The notes: a model not told the origin generated them from the letters alone. A DNA stretch of 64,000 bases from an uncultured Planctomycetota bacterium (GCA_963841915.1 CAWJEN010000005.1:896001-960000), one strand, 5' to 3'; shown: positions 1 through 10,580, numbered from the stretch's first letter. Numbers and translations are program-made.

Positions 1-205
1 GAATCCAGACCAGCTTCATCGTGCTGTCGAGTGCAGCATTAGTCGCCGCATCGATGATCATCCAGATCTGCAGGGCCAACCCCACGATCATCAGCAGGAA
101 GAAGAAGATGATGCAGCCGCCGCCGAACAGGGCAGCACCAGCCCCGGCCGCGCCTCCGCTGTTGCCAGATTGTGAAGAATATTGAGCAAGCGACTGCAGG
201 ATCAT
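1..205 (-). CDS. PLDc_N-like small membrane protein (runs off the window edge)
   Basis: Own translation from ATG 205: MILQSLAQYSSQSGNSGGAAGAGAALFGGGCIIFFFLLMIVGLALQIWMIIDAATNAALDSTMKLVWI. The W-xxx-D...K-x-x-W pattern fits PLDc_N. Not in the ORF track. Confidence 0.65.
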   Translation of the reverse strand, partial: MILQSLAQYSSQSGNSGGAAGAGAALFGGGCIIFFFLLMIVGLALQIWMIIDAATNAALDSTMKLVWI

Positions 206-263
206 GGCAAGGACGGTACCGGATCATTGCCTGTTCGTCACGAAGCGGTTGCTACCGTTCGAC

Positions 264-662
264 TCACTTCTCTTCTGCCGCGTGCTCGTCGCGCTGCTCC
301 TGAGCCCGTTCGAGCAGTCCTGCGTCGCCGACCTTCGCAGGTGTCAAGTCGAATGTCAGCTTCGGCGAGTGCGTCAGCCGAATCGGCAACAGCTCAGTGA
401 CCAGGTCCAAAGGCACCCACTGCCACCACGGTGCAACGACCCAATGCGACGTGTCGAGCGTCTCGAAACCGTCCTTGCGGACCACGACGTCGTACCGGCC
501 GTACCACTCCAGCGGGATCGTCGCGGGCGTCCGTGCGACTTCATCACCGTTGAGGTAGACCAGCGCGCCCGGCGGATTCGACTGCAGCACCATGCGACGC
601 TCCACGCACCCGCCGAGCAGGCAGGCGATCACGAGAGTGAGCATGAACCAGCCGTGACGCAT
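264..662 (-). CDS. PEGA-domain lipoprotein
   Basis: Lipobox LLGGC, then SNPPGALVYLNGDEVARTP...YDVVVRKDGFE (PEGA signature). Confidence 0.8.
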   Translation of the reverse strand: MRHGWFMLTLVIACLLGGCVERRMVLQSNPPGALVYLNGDEVARTPATIPLEWYGRYDVVVRKDGFETLDTSHWVVAPWWQWVPLDLVTELLPIRLTHSPKLTFDLTPAKVGDAGLLERAQEQRDEHAAEEK

Positions 663-673
663 GATGGCACACG

Positions 674-1561
674 CTACGAATGCTTGGCCCACGCTGCGAG
701 TTCCGGCCGACGTGTGAGTTTCAGCAACGTGATCGGCCACGCCACCGTGAGCACGACGGCGACGGCCACGATTAAGACAGAAGATGACTTTGGGTGAACG
801 TAGAAGACAAGCGCGTAGGCCACCGCGCCGAGCAGAAGCGCCAGCACGATTCGCGTCCAAGCCCACTGGCGGTGCAGCCTGACGGCACGGCGTCGGCCGG
901 CAAACGTCGCGACGGCCAGTGCAATGAGTCCAACCGCCGCTGCCGCTGTCAAGACAGCACAGGCGATCAAGCTCTTGAAGAGCAGCACCGCCTTGTCGGC
1001 CTGCGGCGGTGGCGGTTCGCGCGTTAGCCGGACAGCCGCGCCTGAAGGCAGCACCTTCGTCTCACGCGTCAGCCCGTCGGCGTAAAAAGTGCGAACAATC
1101 GTGTTCGCTTCCTCGCCGTTCGGAGCTGCAATCGAGCCAAACAAGAAGAGGCGCTCGTGCGATTGCGCGTCGTCAGCGTCGATGAGGAACGCTTTGACGT
1201 GCTCGACGGTCCACTCGCCACCCGGCGGCGGCGGCAGTGGAAGGTCGTCGGACGTCAAGCTGACAAGCGCCTTCTGGAGAGCTGCCGCGTCACCCGGTGG
1301 TAGCGGTACGTCCGACCCCATCGCTTCGACGAGCACCACGACTTCCTCTGCCAGAAGTTTGCCGCCGCGGTCCGTCGGTGGTGGCAGGTCGCTGTCGCCC
1401 GGCCTCATGCCCGAGCCGGCAAAGGCGACAATAACGGTGACGGCAACAGCAATCGCCACATGAACGGCAAGATCCATGAACCCGACTGCCGCGTCCCCGA
1501 TCGCGATGCCGTTGACCACTGTGGGTCGCTCTGTCACTTGCTGAGGACTGTGCTCCGTCAT
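674..1561 (-). CDS. hypothetical membrane protein
   Basis: 295-aa ORF with several hydrophobic segments; TAGACT -10-like box 6 nt before ATG. Confidence 0.6.
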   Translation of the reverse strand: MTEHSPQQVTERPTVVNGIAIGDAAVGFMDLAVHVAIAVAVTVIVAFAGSGMRPGDSDLPPPTDRGGKLLAEEVVVLVEAMGSDVPLPPGDAAALQKALVSLTSDDLPLPPPPGGEWTVEHVKAFLIDADDAQSHERLFLFGSIAAPNGEEANTIVRTFYADGLTRETKVLPSGAAVRLTREPPPPQADKAVLLFKSLIACAVLTAAAAVGLIALAVATFAGRRRAVRLHRQWAWTRIVLALLLGAVAYALVFYVHPKSSSVLIVAVAVVLTVAWPITLLKLTRRPELAAWAKHS

Positions 1562-1624
1562 GAAGCAAGTCTATCGAACACGCGCGTTCACCGTTTGCAC
1601 ATGTCGGGCTTGGTAGGGTTCGAC

Positions 1625-2023
1625 ATGCCAGTTCGCTACCTCGTCCTCTGCACCGGCAACCGCTGTCGCAGCCAGATGGCCCACGGCTTCCTGCAGTCCG
1701 CCCTTCCCGACGCCGAAGTCTTCAGCGCCGGCACGCACCCGAAGGGCGTTCACCCGACGGCCGTCGAGGTCATGAAGGAGAAGGGTATCGACCTGTCGGG
1801 CTACACGAGTGATCACGTCGACGCCTACGCCGGCCAGGATTTTGACGTCGTCATCACCGTCTGCGACGCGGCGAAGGACGCCTGCCCCGTCTTCCCCGGT
1901 GCCAGGCGAACGATCCACCACAGCTTCGACGATCCCGATGGTCACGACCTCGACACCTTCCGCCGCGTGCGGGATGAGATCGGTGCGTGGGCGAACCATT
2001 TTGCGACGCAGCAGGACGGCTGA
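1625..2023 (+). CDS. arsC: arsenate reductase, LMW-PTP family
   Basis: CTGNRCRSQMA P-loop, ITVC...CP and FDDP motifs. Confidence 0.85.
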   Translation: MPVRYLVLCTGNRCRSQMAHGFLQSALPDAEVFSAGTHPKGVHPTAVEVMKEKGIDLSGYTSDHVDAYAGQDFDVVITVCDAAKDACPVFPGARRTIHHSFDDPDGHDLDTFRRVRDEIGAWANHFATQQDG

Positions 2024-2108
2024 GCAAGCCGTACCCGCAGCCCGGCCACCGTCTCGTGGTTGAGCGCGAAGGTGTCGGTTACGCACCCAGTCATACACGG
2101 CATCGCGG

Positions 2109-2675
2109 TTAATCGCCCACTCGCCTCGGTAGCGACCGCCGCAAGAGGCTGTGAAGCAGGAGCGGGCCTGCAAAGCCGACGCAGACGCACAACATGAGGC
2201 TTGGAAGCACAATCGCATTGAGGTTCGCCGGTACGCCTCTCATCTGCATCGCGCCCACGACCGACCAACTGCACGCCAAGACGGCAAACAGAAACCGAAG
2301 CACAGCCACGATCCGCATGGCCATGATGCAGCGACGCCACCCGCAACCGACTGGTACCGCAAGAGTGATCAGGATCACGTCGAGCAGGATCACTGTCAGC
2401 GGCAAACCGACGCCAGCGACATAAAGCATCTCGTGAAGATCACGGTTCGGGTTTGGCTTCGGTCCGCCGATGTTGCCCGCACCAGCTCCGGCTGCGGCGA
2501 CGACTGTTCCAATCATCAACAGCCCATTCAGAATGACATCGACAACGCCGAACACAGCCGCACTAATTGCAGCGGGAGCGAAGTTCTCCCGTCGGTCCTT
2601 TCGCGACGCGTAGCCGAGTCCGACCACTTCCGCGTCTACCGCCAGCTCGCCGTCCCTCAACGTCGCATAATTCAT
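2109..2675 (-). CDS. hypothetical membrane protein
   Basis: 188-aa ORF with about four hydrophobic segments, divergent from ilvD. Confidence 0.5.
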   Translation of the reverse strand: MNYATLRDGELAVDAEVVGLGYASRKDRRENFAPAAISAAVFGVVDVILNGLLMIGTVVAAAGAGAGNIGGPKPNPNRDLHEMLYVAGVGLPLTVILLDVILITLAVPVGCGWRRCIMAMRIVAVLRFLFAVLACSWSVVGAMQMRGVPANLNAIVLPSLMLCVCVGFAGPLLLHSLLRRSLPRRVGD

Positions 2676-2700
2676 GGAGGTAAACTACTGTGCCTGCCCG

Positions 2701-4410
2701 ATGGCCACCAGTAGCTCGAATACCTTCCCGCGCCCCCACTCCCGTGTCGTCACCGACGGACCCGAACGTGCGCCGCACCGGGCGTTCTTCCGGGCCATGG
2801 GCCTCACTGACGAAGACTTCGACAAACCGTGGGTCGGCGTCGGGGCGGCCTGGAACGAAGCGACGCCCTGCAACACCACCCTCGACCGGCAGGCCATCGC
2901 GGCGGCGGACGGCGTCAAGGTCGCCGGCGGCACGCCGCGTCGGTTTCACACCATCAGCGTCTCCGACGGCATCGGTATGGGGCACCAGGGCATGAAGGCC
3001 TCGCTCGTGTCCCGCGAGGTCATCGCCGACTCGGCAGAGCTCATGTTCCGCGCCCACGGCTACGACGCCTTCATCGGCATCGCCGGCTGCGATAAATCTC
3101 TGCCCGGCATGCTCATGGCCATGGCTCGCCTCAATCGGCCGGCTGTATTCCTCTACGGCGGCACGATCCTGCCCGGCGAACTCGACGGAAAAAAACTCAC
3201 CGTCCAGGACGTCTACGAAGCCGTCGGCGCGCACAGTGCCGGCAAGATCGACGACGAACAACTCCGCCGCGTCGAGTGTGCCGCCTGCCCCAGTGCCGGT
3301 TCGTGCGGCGGGCAGTTCACGGCCAACACCATGGCCACCGTCGCCGAGGCCATCGGCATGGCCTTGCCCATGAGCGGCAGTCCGCCGGCGGTCGACGAGT
3401 CGCGCGACGAGTACGCCCGCCAGTGCGGCGACACGGTGCTTCAGCTCCTCAAGAACGACATCAAGCCGCGCGACATCATGACGATGAAGGCGTTCGAAAA
3501 TGCTGTCGCCGTCGCCGCGGCCACGGGTGGGTCGACGAATGTCGCGCTGCACCTGCCGGCGCTCGCCGCCGAGTGCGGGCTGACGCTGACGCTCGACGAC
3601 ATCGACCGGATCAGCCGTCGCACACCGATCATCGCCGACCTCAAGCCGTTCGGCCGCTACACCGCTTTCGAAGTGTTTCAGGCCGGGGGTATTCCCGCGA
3701 TCCTCAAGGTGCTCCTCGACGCCGACCTGCTCCACGGTGACTGCATCACCGTCACCGGCCGCACGATGGCCGAGAACCTCAAGGATGTCGTGCTCAAGGA
3801 CGATCAGGACGTCATCGTGCCGGTGACGAAGGCGTTCGAGCCGCACGGCGGACTGCATGTGCTCCGCGGCAGCCTCGCGCCCGACGGCTGCGTCATCAAG
3901 ACGGCAGGCGTCAAGCGACTTCAGCACCGCGGCCCGGCCAAGTGCTTCGACTGCGAAGAAGATTGCATGGCCGCGGTGCAAGCCGGCAAGATCGTCGCCG
4001 GCGACACGGTGATCATCCGCTACGAAGGACCCAAGGGCGGGCCAGGCATGCGTGAGATGCTCGGCGTCACGGCCGCCATCGTCGGCCAGGGCCTCGGCTA
4101 CGACGTCTGCATGATCACCGACGGCCGCTTCAGCGGGGCGACCCGCGGCCTGATGATCGGCCACGCCGGTCCCGAGGCCCAGGTTGGCGGCCCGATCGCC
4201 CTCGTCCGCGACGGCGACGTCATCTCCATTGACGCCCAAGCCGGCACGATTGAGCTGGAGGTTGACGACGACGAGCTGGCCAGACGACGTGTTACGTGGA
4301 CGCCGCGCGTCACGGGTTATGACACCGGTGCCATTGCCAAGTATGCCCAACTCGTCGGCCCCGCCAGCGGCGGGGCGGTTACGGGGCAGGCGGCGTCGGC
4401 TACGCCCTGA
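2701..4410 (+). CDS. ilvD: dihydroxy-acid dehydratase
   Basis: PCN, GCDK, CGGQFTANTM, GGSTN, YEGPKGGPGMREM and TDGRFSG motifs. Confidence 0.97.
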   Translation: MATSSSNTFPRPHSRVVTDGPERAPHRAFFRAMGLTDEDFDKPWVGVGAAWNEATPCNTTLDRQAIAAADGVKVAGGTPRRFHTISVSDGIGMGHQGMKASLVSREVIADSAELMFRAHGYDAFIGIAGCDKSLPGMLMAMARLNRPAVFLYGGTILPGELDGKKLTVQDVYEAVGAHSAGKIDDEQLRRVECAACPSAGSCGGQFTANTMATVAEAIGMALPMSGSPPAVDESRDEYARQCGDTVLQLLKNDIKPRDIMTMKAFENAVAVAAATGGSTNVALHLPALAAECGLTLTLDDIDRISRRTPIIADLKPFGRYTAFEVFQAGGIPAILKVLLDADLLHGDCITVTGRTMAENLKDVVLKDDQDVIVPVTKAFEPHGGLHVLRGSLAPDGCVIKTAGVKRLQHRGPAKCFDCEEDCMAAVQAGKIVAGDTVIIRYEGPKGGPGMREMLGVTAAIVGQGLGYDVCMITDGRFSGATRGLMIGHAGPEAQVGGPIALVRDGDVISIDAQAGTIELEVDDDELARRRVTWTPRVTGYDTGAIAKYAQLVGPASGGAVTGQAASATP

Positions 4411-5782
4411 CGCCGTCCCGGCGTAGTTCGGTGCTCGTCGCTTTTCGCACGGACGTGCCCGCCGGTTGCTCGTACCAGCCGGGGTCGGCGTAGCTGCCCA
4501 ACTCGTCGCGGACTTTGACGAGCGTGGCCATGCCGCCGAGGAAGATGGGGCCGTATTTGCCCATACCCTTTTGCATCGGAATGCTGTTGTCGGGCACGGC
4601 CATGTTCATGCCGCCGGGGTAGCCCATGTCGCCCATGCCGTTCTGGCCCATCGTCATGTAGCCGGGCACCAACTTGCGGGCGGCGGCGTCGAAGCCCTGC
4701 GTCTCGACTCCGACCATGTTCGGAAACTCATGGCCCATCTGGTTCATCACGTGGTGCGTCATATGGCAGTGAATCGGCCAATCACCCGGGTTGTCGGTGA
4801 TAAACTCGATGTCGCGCGTCTGGCCGACGCCCATAAGTACCGTCACCTTGCGTAGTTGCTGGGCCTCAGGAATGCAGTAGCCATCGACGGCGGTTTCGAA
4901 GAATTCAAAGCCGTGCATGTGGATCGGGTGGTGATCCATGGCCGACAGATTGCCGAGGCGGATGCGCACGCGTTGGCCGGTGGAGCAGACCAGCGGGTCG
5001 GTGTGCGGCATGACTTTGCCGTTGATCGTGAGGATGTTGAAGTCGCTCATTTCGTTCGTGTCCGGCCGCGATGCGCCGGCATCGATACGCCATTCATGGA
5101 GCATCAGCGCGAAGTCGCGCTCGATCTCAGGGATGTTATTGCCTGTCGGATCACGCGGGTGGACGATGAACAGGCTTGTGAGGCCCATGCCTTCCTGAGT
5201 CATCGTGTCATGATGCGAGTGGAACATGAACGTGCCGTGCTGGACGATCTTCCACTGATACACCCACGTTTCTCCGACAGGAATGGGCGGCTGCTCGAGG
5301 CCGCTGACGCCGTCCATGCCGTGGGGCAGGATGAAGCCGTGCCAGTGGACCGTCGTCTCGACGGGCAGGTTGTTCGGGACGTAGATGCGCACGGTGTCGC
5401 CCTCGACAGCTTCGAGCGTTGTCGCGTTGACAAGGCCGTTGTAGCCCCAACAAGTTGCTGTCAGACCTGGAGCGAAGTCGTGCTGGAACTCGCTGGCTGT
5501 CAGGTGAAACACCTTGACGCCGTCGACGATGGAGAAGGGCACCGTCTGGCCGTTAGGCACGACGACGGGCGTGTAGTCACGGTCAGGCTCGCCCGGCGGG
5601 TACTCGCGGTCGCGTGTCGCCTGCCACTTGCGGCTGTGGGCAAGATCGCGCGGTAGCAGGGCGTCTGCCGATCGCGTCGCGGGTTGAGCGCGGGCTGTGG
5701 TAACAAGTGCACCGGCCCCGGTGACGGCAGCTGCGTTGCCTAGGAACGTGCGGCCATTGATTGACGTGAATTCGTTCCTCAT
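4400..5782 (-). CDS. multicopper oxidase (copper resistance)
   Basis: Copper ligand motifs HWHG, HSH, HPIHMHG, HCHMTHH and a Met-rich tail. The Tat-like leader reads NGRTFLG. Confidence 0.9.
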   Translation of the reverse strand: MRNEFTSINGRTFLGNAAAVTGAGALVTTARAQPATRSADALLPRDLAHSRKWQATRDREYPPGEPDRDYTPVVVPNGQTVPFSIVDGVKVFHLTASEFQHDFAPGLTATCWGYNGLVNATTLEAVEGDTVRIYVPNNLPVETTVHWHGFILPHGMDGVSGLEQPPIPVGETWVYQWKIVQHGTFMFHSHHDTMTQEGMGLTSLFIVHPRDPTGNNIPEIERDFALMLHEWRIDAGASRPDTNEMSDFNILTINGKVMPHTDPLVCSTGQRVRIRLGNLSAMDHHPIHMHGFEFFETAVDGYCIPEAQQLRKVTVLMGVGQTRDIEFITDNPGDWPIHCHMTHHVMNQMGHEFPNMVGVETQGFDAAARKLVPGYMTMGQNGMGDMGYPGGMNMAVPDNSIPMQKGMGKYGPIFLGGMATLVKVRDELGSYADPGWYEQPAGTSVRKATSTELRRDGVRA

Positions 5783-5795
5783 GACGGCTCCATTG

Positions 5796-6281
5796 TTATT
5801 TGGTGGTTTCGAGGTCATTGATGAGCTTCTGCATTTCGGCGATTTCCCGCCGTTGTGCTTCGATGATCTCGTCGGCAAGTTCGCCCACCCGTGGGTCGCT
5901 GAGGCTTGCACGTTCGCTGGTCAGGATGGCGATGCTGTGGTGCGGGATCATCGCTTTCATCCACGAGACGTCGCCGACGGTCGATTGGCTGCGAACGAGC
6001 CAGAGCGACAGGGCAAAGACAACCGCACTGCCGGTAAAGATGCCGATGTTCAGCTTGCGGTTGGGGTGCATGCTCAGCATGAACGTGAGCATGATGATCG
6101 CCATGATCGCCCCCATGTAGAGGGCCATCCAAAGTCGCGTCTGGCTGAAGTAGACGTGGCCGAAGGCGTAGGTGTTGAGGTACATCAGGCGGTACATGAC
6201 GACGGTGGACGTCGCGATCATCAGACCGAAACGGACGTAAGGGTTCAAGCCCTCCTTGTTGTGATTCTTATCGTTCTTCAT
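5796..6281 (-). CDS. DUF305-family membrane protein
   Basis: Met-rich TM helices, then MIPHHSIAILTS...IIEAQRREIAEM. Confidence 0.85.
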   Translation of the reverse strand: MKNDKNHNKEGLNPYVRFGLMIATSTVVMYRLMYLNTYAFGHVYFSQTRLWMALYMGAIMAIIMLTFMLSMHPNRKLNIGIFTGSAVVFALSLWLVRSQSTVGDVSWMKAMIPHHSIAILTSERASLSDPRVGELADEIIEAQRREIAEMQKLINDLETTK

Positions 6282-7549
6282 CAGTGTCCTCCTTCGGAAG
6301 CTTCGTTGTTCAGGCCGCTGTTTTCGCCACTAAAGCCGCCGCCGGTGTCGATGCCGAACCGCTGTTGTGGCATACGTCCTAGGATGAGCGTTTCGAGTCG
6401 AATCCGGGCGAGCCAGTGCTGTTCAAGCGTGTCGAGGTATCGCTCCGCCGCTTCAATTTCATCGCGTTTGGCGTCGAGCAGGCGGAAGACGCCGATCTGC
6501 ATGGCGTTGAATTGCAACTGTGTTTGTTGCGTCACGCGGATGCGGGTCGGCAGGATGACTTCCTGCAGATAGCGGCTCGTGTTACCCGTCGTCGCGGCTG
6601 TCGTGTAGGCATCGAGCTCGGCGTCGACGCCTGCTTGCAAATCAGGGAAAAGTGTCTCGAACGATCGGATACCCGCACGCCTGCCGACGACATTGATCTG
6701 CCGACGTTGCGCCTCCAGATCCAGACTCGCCGTCAGCACCGTCGCCGCGAGCGTTGCCGGATCAGCGTCCATCGGCGACGGATCGGGCAGTCGCGCCGGC
6801 ACCGTTTAGCCCGTCGCCGTCTCGCCCCACACGCCGAGCAACGCGTTCAGCGCATCGCGACGACGCATCGCTTCGCCGCGCCCCTCGGCGAGCATCAGTC
6901 GCGCCTCTTCGTACAGCGCCTGCTCTTGCAACACGTCGAGCTCGATGATGTTGCCCGCCTCGCGCAATCGCCTGGCCATGTCGGCCGCGAGGTACGTCGC
7001 GTCGACCACACTCTCGTACAGCTCGACGCGTGCCAGCTGCGCCTGATACTGCCGATACGCCCGGCGTGTTTCGGACGCAAGGTCCAGCACCGCCGACGCG
7101 GCTCGTGCCTCGGCAGCGGCGAGCGTTTCGGCCGCAATGCCGCGATGTCTTGGGAGAAGCAACACATCGAGCATGTTCTGGGCGATGCCGAGTTCGATGA
7201 TCTCACCGCCGCCGGCCTCGACGAAACGGAGACTGGCGTCGAGCACCGGGTTGGGCAGCAGCGACGCCTGCAACAGCTCTGCGCTGGTGATGCCGAGTTC
7301 GTCCAGTTCCGCTTGCAAATCCAAGTTATTTACGAGCGCCAGTCGCACGGCTTCCTCGGCGTCGAGCGTGCCGTCGCCGAGCAAAGCGTCATGCAGCTGC
7401 CCGCGGTCGATCGAGTGGTCAATGGCGTAGCCGCCCCGTTCGGCGAGCGTCGTTTGCACGCGCTTGAAGCTTTCGTCAATCTGGCTCGTCGCGCAATCAC
7501 CAACCACCAGTCCGCTCGAAGCGAGCGCTGTCAAAAGGATACGTCGCAT
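6281..7549 (-). pseudogene. TolC-family heavy-metal efflux outer-membrane protein, interrupted
   Basis: AVRLALVNNLDLQA and LLPNPVL in the N-part; in-frame TAA at 6806-6808; C-part continues in the same frame with QFNAMQIGVFRLLDAK. Confidence 0.8.
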
Positions 7550-7971
7550 CAACGGCCTCCTTCCGACGCGGCGTCGTCGAGGATCGCCAGATACTTCTGC
7601 GGGTCGGCCTGGACGGTCGCGACGCACCCGCCACAGCAGACCTTCACGACGCGGCCGTCGAGGTCGACATCGATCGGCTCGCCCATGGTGCCAAGCTCGA
7701 CACCGGTGACAGGGCACGTCGTCAGCGGATACGAACTGTTGGCCGCCTGCGTAGCAGGAACGATGTCCGCCATATCATTCCCGGCGTGGTCGTGCATCGA
7801 TTCAGGCTCGGTCTCGATTGGCCGTGCCGCGACGTCGAAAGGGTCGGCCGCCGTGGGCGGACGCGGATCGGTCGCCGACGCATGGGCCGGGTGATCGGTT
7901 GGCGGTTGAAAATCGGCGGAGCTTACACAGCCACCGACCAGAGCGGGAATCATAAAGAGAATCTTCTTCAT
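7549..7971 (-). CDS. YHS/TRASH-like heavy-metal-binding lipoprotein
   Basis: VGGC lipobox, His-containing linker, TCPVTG...KVCCGGC...ADPQKY. Confidence 0.75.
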   Translation of the reverse strand: MKKILFMIPALVGGCVSSADFQPPTDHPAHASATDPRPPTAADPFDVAARPIETEPESMHDHAGNDMADIVPATQAANSSYPLTTCPVTGVELGTMGEPIDVDLDGRVVKVCCGGCVATVQADPQKYLAILDDAASEGGR

Positions 7972-8724
7972 CAGTCTTTTTTGAAGTGAGGAACAGGCAC
8001 ACAGGAACGCCCACGGCACCATCGCCGTGTTCGTGACCGAGTGGGCTGTTCATCACTTCAAGAAGACCGCGTGCCACACGCACCGGTCGCGCCCGGACCA
8101 AGGCGGCGGTTTTCGGTCGCTCAGGACCATGCGCCGCGCCGGTGCGGGCGGCGTCGGGTTGGGGGTCTTGCGTCACGCTTCCGGCGAACGACGGGCAGAC
8201 GTTCAAGCAGGCGGCATGAAGGGCGGCACGGGTCGCCGTCTGCGGAGATCTGTGTCGGATTCTGCGCCGTTGCCACCTCCCACCTCCGACTTGAAGCACG
8301 CGGACGCAAACCATCTTCGGGAGCAGATCCCTTAGGACGACGTAAGGGGTCAGAACCTTGTCGCGGCGGTCATGACGCCACACCGGGTGTCACGATCTGA
8401 GCCGCCTTCTGAGGTGGGCGAATTTTGAAGCTGCCGCGAATCATCGCCGACACGGGTGATCCGCCTCGGAATGGACCTACACCACGGCTGGCCCCATCAC
8501 GACGAAAGTTCGGCGACGGCGACCGTCCGCACATCGCCGAACGGCGGCATGGGCTTCAAACCGTTGACGGCGTACAGCACGTTCCACATGCGGGTCCGCA
8601 CGGTCAGGAGACCGGCGTCGAGAGAAGAGGCGTCGATCACGTCGATGTCGAAGCGATGCGGCGCCCGTTGAACGGTTCGTGTCGTCATCGACGCCACCCT
8701 GCAGCCAACTGTTAAGTTGACCCA

Positions 8725-9650
8725 TCAGGCTTCGAGGCAGCGAGCATCGTCTACAGGGCCAGCCGGCAGTCGACACGCGTCATGAAGCGATCGGATCTCG
8801 TCCGGTGTCAACGCCCGATCGAACACGGCTAACCCTGCCAGGTGACCGTCCAGCGGCTCGGCACCGTGTCTGCCGCGGACACAACGAGCCCCGACGACAA
8901 AGTCGCTTGGACCGTTCGGCTTGGAAGCGGCGTGCTGCTGTAGTTCATACCGAAAGATGCCGCGGCCATGATGGAAGGGATTGATTCCGCGGTGCCCGCC
9001 GTCGGGGCCTTCCTGCGTGAAGTAGCGGTCGTCACGATTGTCCTCTTTCGGGTCGACTTGCCGGGGCTTGGCGACGCCGTCGAGGTAAGCGGTCAGCGTG
9101 ATCCCGTCGTATGTCATCGCCATCGTGCACCAGCGATTGGCCGGGTACTCATCAACCGTTGCAGCGTAGTCGACGCACCAAGGCAGGATCGAGCCGTCTT
9201 TCCTGCGGGTCGCGCCGCCCTCGCTGCTGACGTGCGGCGTGACGCGTTTAGCGCCGCCATAGAGGTTCATGTCGAGTAGCAACGCGTACTGTCGCGTGCC
9301 GGAGTCGTCCCCGGGGCCCGTCCCCTCGTACCACATTCCGCCGACTGTGCCTCCGCGGCCGATTTTATTCATCCGGACGATCGCGAACATGCTTAGCTGC
9401 GCGTCGGTGCCGTGGATGTTGAGTGCCCCTGTTTTCGCGTGGGGCAGGCAGAGGTACGCGCCGTTGTCGAACGAGGCAGCGAAGCCGCCGGCAGGGGCAT
9501 CCTCAATGCGGCCGACCGATCCGTTGATCTCCTGAAGCGGGAAGGATGCCCGACCGATCTTGGCGAGGCGCGGTGCTCCTGGCGGCTCGGCAAAATCCCA
9601 CCAAGCCACAAGGGACTTCTCGCGCCGAGCAGGTCCATGAGATCGTTCAT
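8725..9650 (-). CDS. LamG-like jellyroll protein (possible 5' frameshift)
   Basis: LVAWWDF, W-x-x-x-A-M-T-YDG and GHLAGLAVFDRALTPDEI. Open from GTG 9609; a likely true ATG at 9650 is in another frame. Confidence 0.75.
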
Positions 9651-9689
9651 GCCGCGAAGATTACACCTCGCCCTCGACACTGCAATCGA

Positions 9690-9701
9690 CATGGACAAAA
9701 C
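9690..9701 (-). promoter_or_regulatory. putative AraC operator GTTTTGTCCATG, copy 1
   Basis: Exact reverse complement of 10569-10580; lies just upstream of the -35 zone for the TAATCT -10 box (9663-9658) of the LamG gene. Confidence 0.5.
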
Positions 9702-9709
9702 TGAACGTC

Positions 9710-10552
9710 GTGTTGAGACCTGTCGACTACGCCAGAGCGTTACTAGCCTGTCGCCTGACGGTGATCGAAGCTCGCCGCGCAACCTTTGAGCCCGGGTATA
9801 CGGAAGCGGTTGAAAAGCTGAAGTTTTCGCTTCTCCTCTTCGTGCGGCGTGGCATGTTTCCTTACACGGTCAACGGCCGTGAACACCTGCTGAGTCGGGG
9901 AAGCGCGATTCACGCGCCGGCGGGCGCGTTAAGGCAGTGGACGATTCCCGAGGGACGCGGCGTAGACGCTTCTTGGTTTCGCTACGCATGCCAACCGGAC
10001 GAACCGAACATGGACGAGGCGATGGTCGGACGCGTGGCGTCAATCGACCTCGAAGACGCTGCTATCGCTCGGCTTCGCGGGCTTTTCAGCAGCGTCCATC
10101 CGGCTGACATGGTGGCTGCCGAAGGGGAAGCCAAGGCAATCTTCAGCCGAGTCATTCCGAGGCTCAAGCTCGCCTACAGGCAGGCGGCAGGGGCAAACGA
10201 ACCGTCGCCCCGACGTGGAGACATCGCCGTGAACAGAGCCGTCCGATATCTCGATGTCTCCTACCAGCAGCGAGATGCGCTGGAACGAATGACGCGCCAG
10301 ACGCCGATGAGCCCGAGCTATTTCCGCAAGCTGTTTCGCGCGCAGGTCGGATTGTCGCCCCAAGCTTTCCTGACCCGGAGGCGTTTGCAGCAGGCGCGTT
10401 ACCTTCTGCGGACGGCTGAGCTGAGCGTGAAGGATGTTGCCGACCAAGTGGGGTATGACGACCCGCTCTACTTCAGTCGGGCGTACGCCCGCTTCTGGGG
10501 CCGCCCCCCGTCAGGCGATCAAACGGCAAGTTGGTCAGAAAATGATCGCTAG
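9710..10552 (+). CDS. AraC-family transcriptional regulator
   Basis: Cupin-like N-part; MSPSYFRKLFR...VKDVADQVGYDDPLYFSRAY double HTH. Confidence 0.92.
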   Translation: MLRPVDYARALLACRLTVIEARRATFEPGYTEAVEKLKFSLLLFVRRGMFPYTVNGREHLLSRGSAIHAPAGALRQWTIPEGRGVDASWFRYACQPDEPNMDEAMVGRVASIDLEDAAIARLRGLFSSVHPADMVAAEGEAKAIFSRVIPRLKLAYRQAAGANEPSPRRGDIAVNRAVRYLDVSYQQRDALERMTRQTPMSPSYFRKLFRAQVGLSPQAFLTRRRLQQARYLLRTAELSVKDVADQVGYDDPLYFSRAYARFWGRPPSGDQTASWSENDR

Positions 10553-10568
10553 GGCGACTGAAGGACGC

Positions 10569-10580
10569 GTTTTGTCCATG
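10569..10580 (+). promoter_or_regulatory. putative AraC operator GTTTTGTCCATG, copy 2
   Basis: Same 12-mer upstream of the PEP-CTERM gene; a second TCCAT lies 21 bp later (10596-10600). Confidence 0.5.

Noticed and set aside
6806..6808. Programmed readthrough or selenocysteine in tolC
   Set aside because: The stop is TAA and other lesions are present, so simple decay is more likely.
8027..8400. Short ORFs upstream of the copper cluster
   Set aside because: No frame gives a convincing protein; possibly a degraded leader gene.
9690..10580. Inverted 12-mers as transposon ends around araC
   Set aside because: No transposase or target-site duplication seen; positions fit operator sites better.
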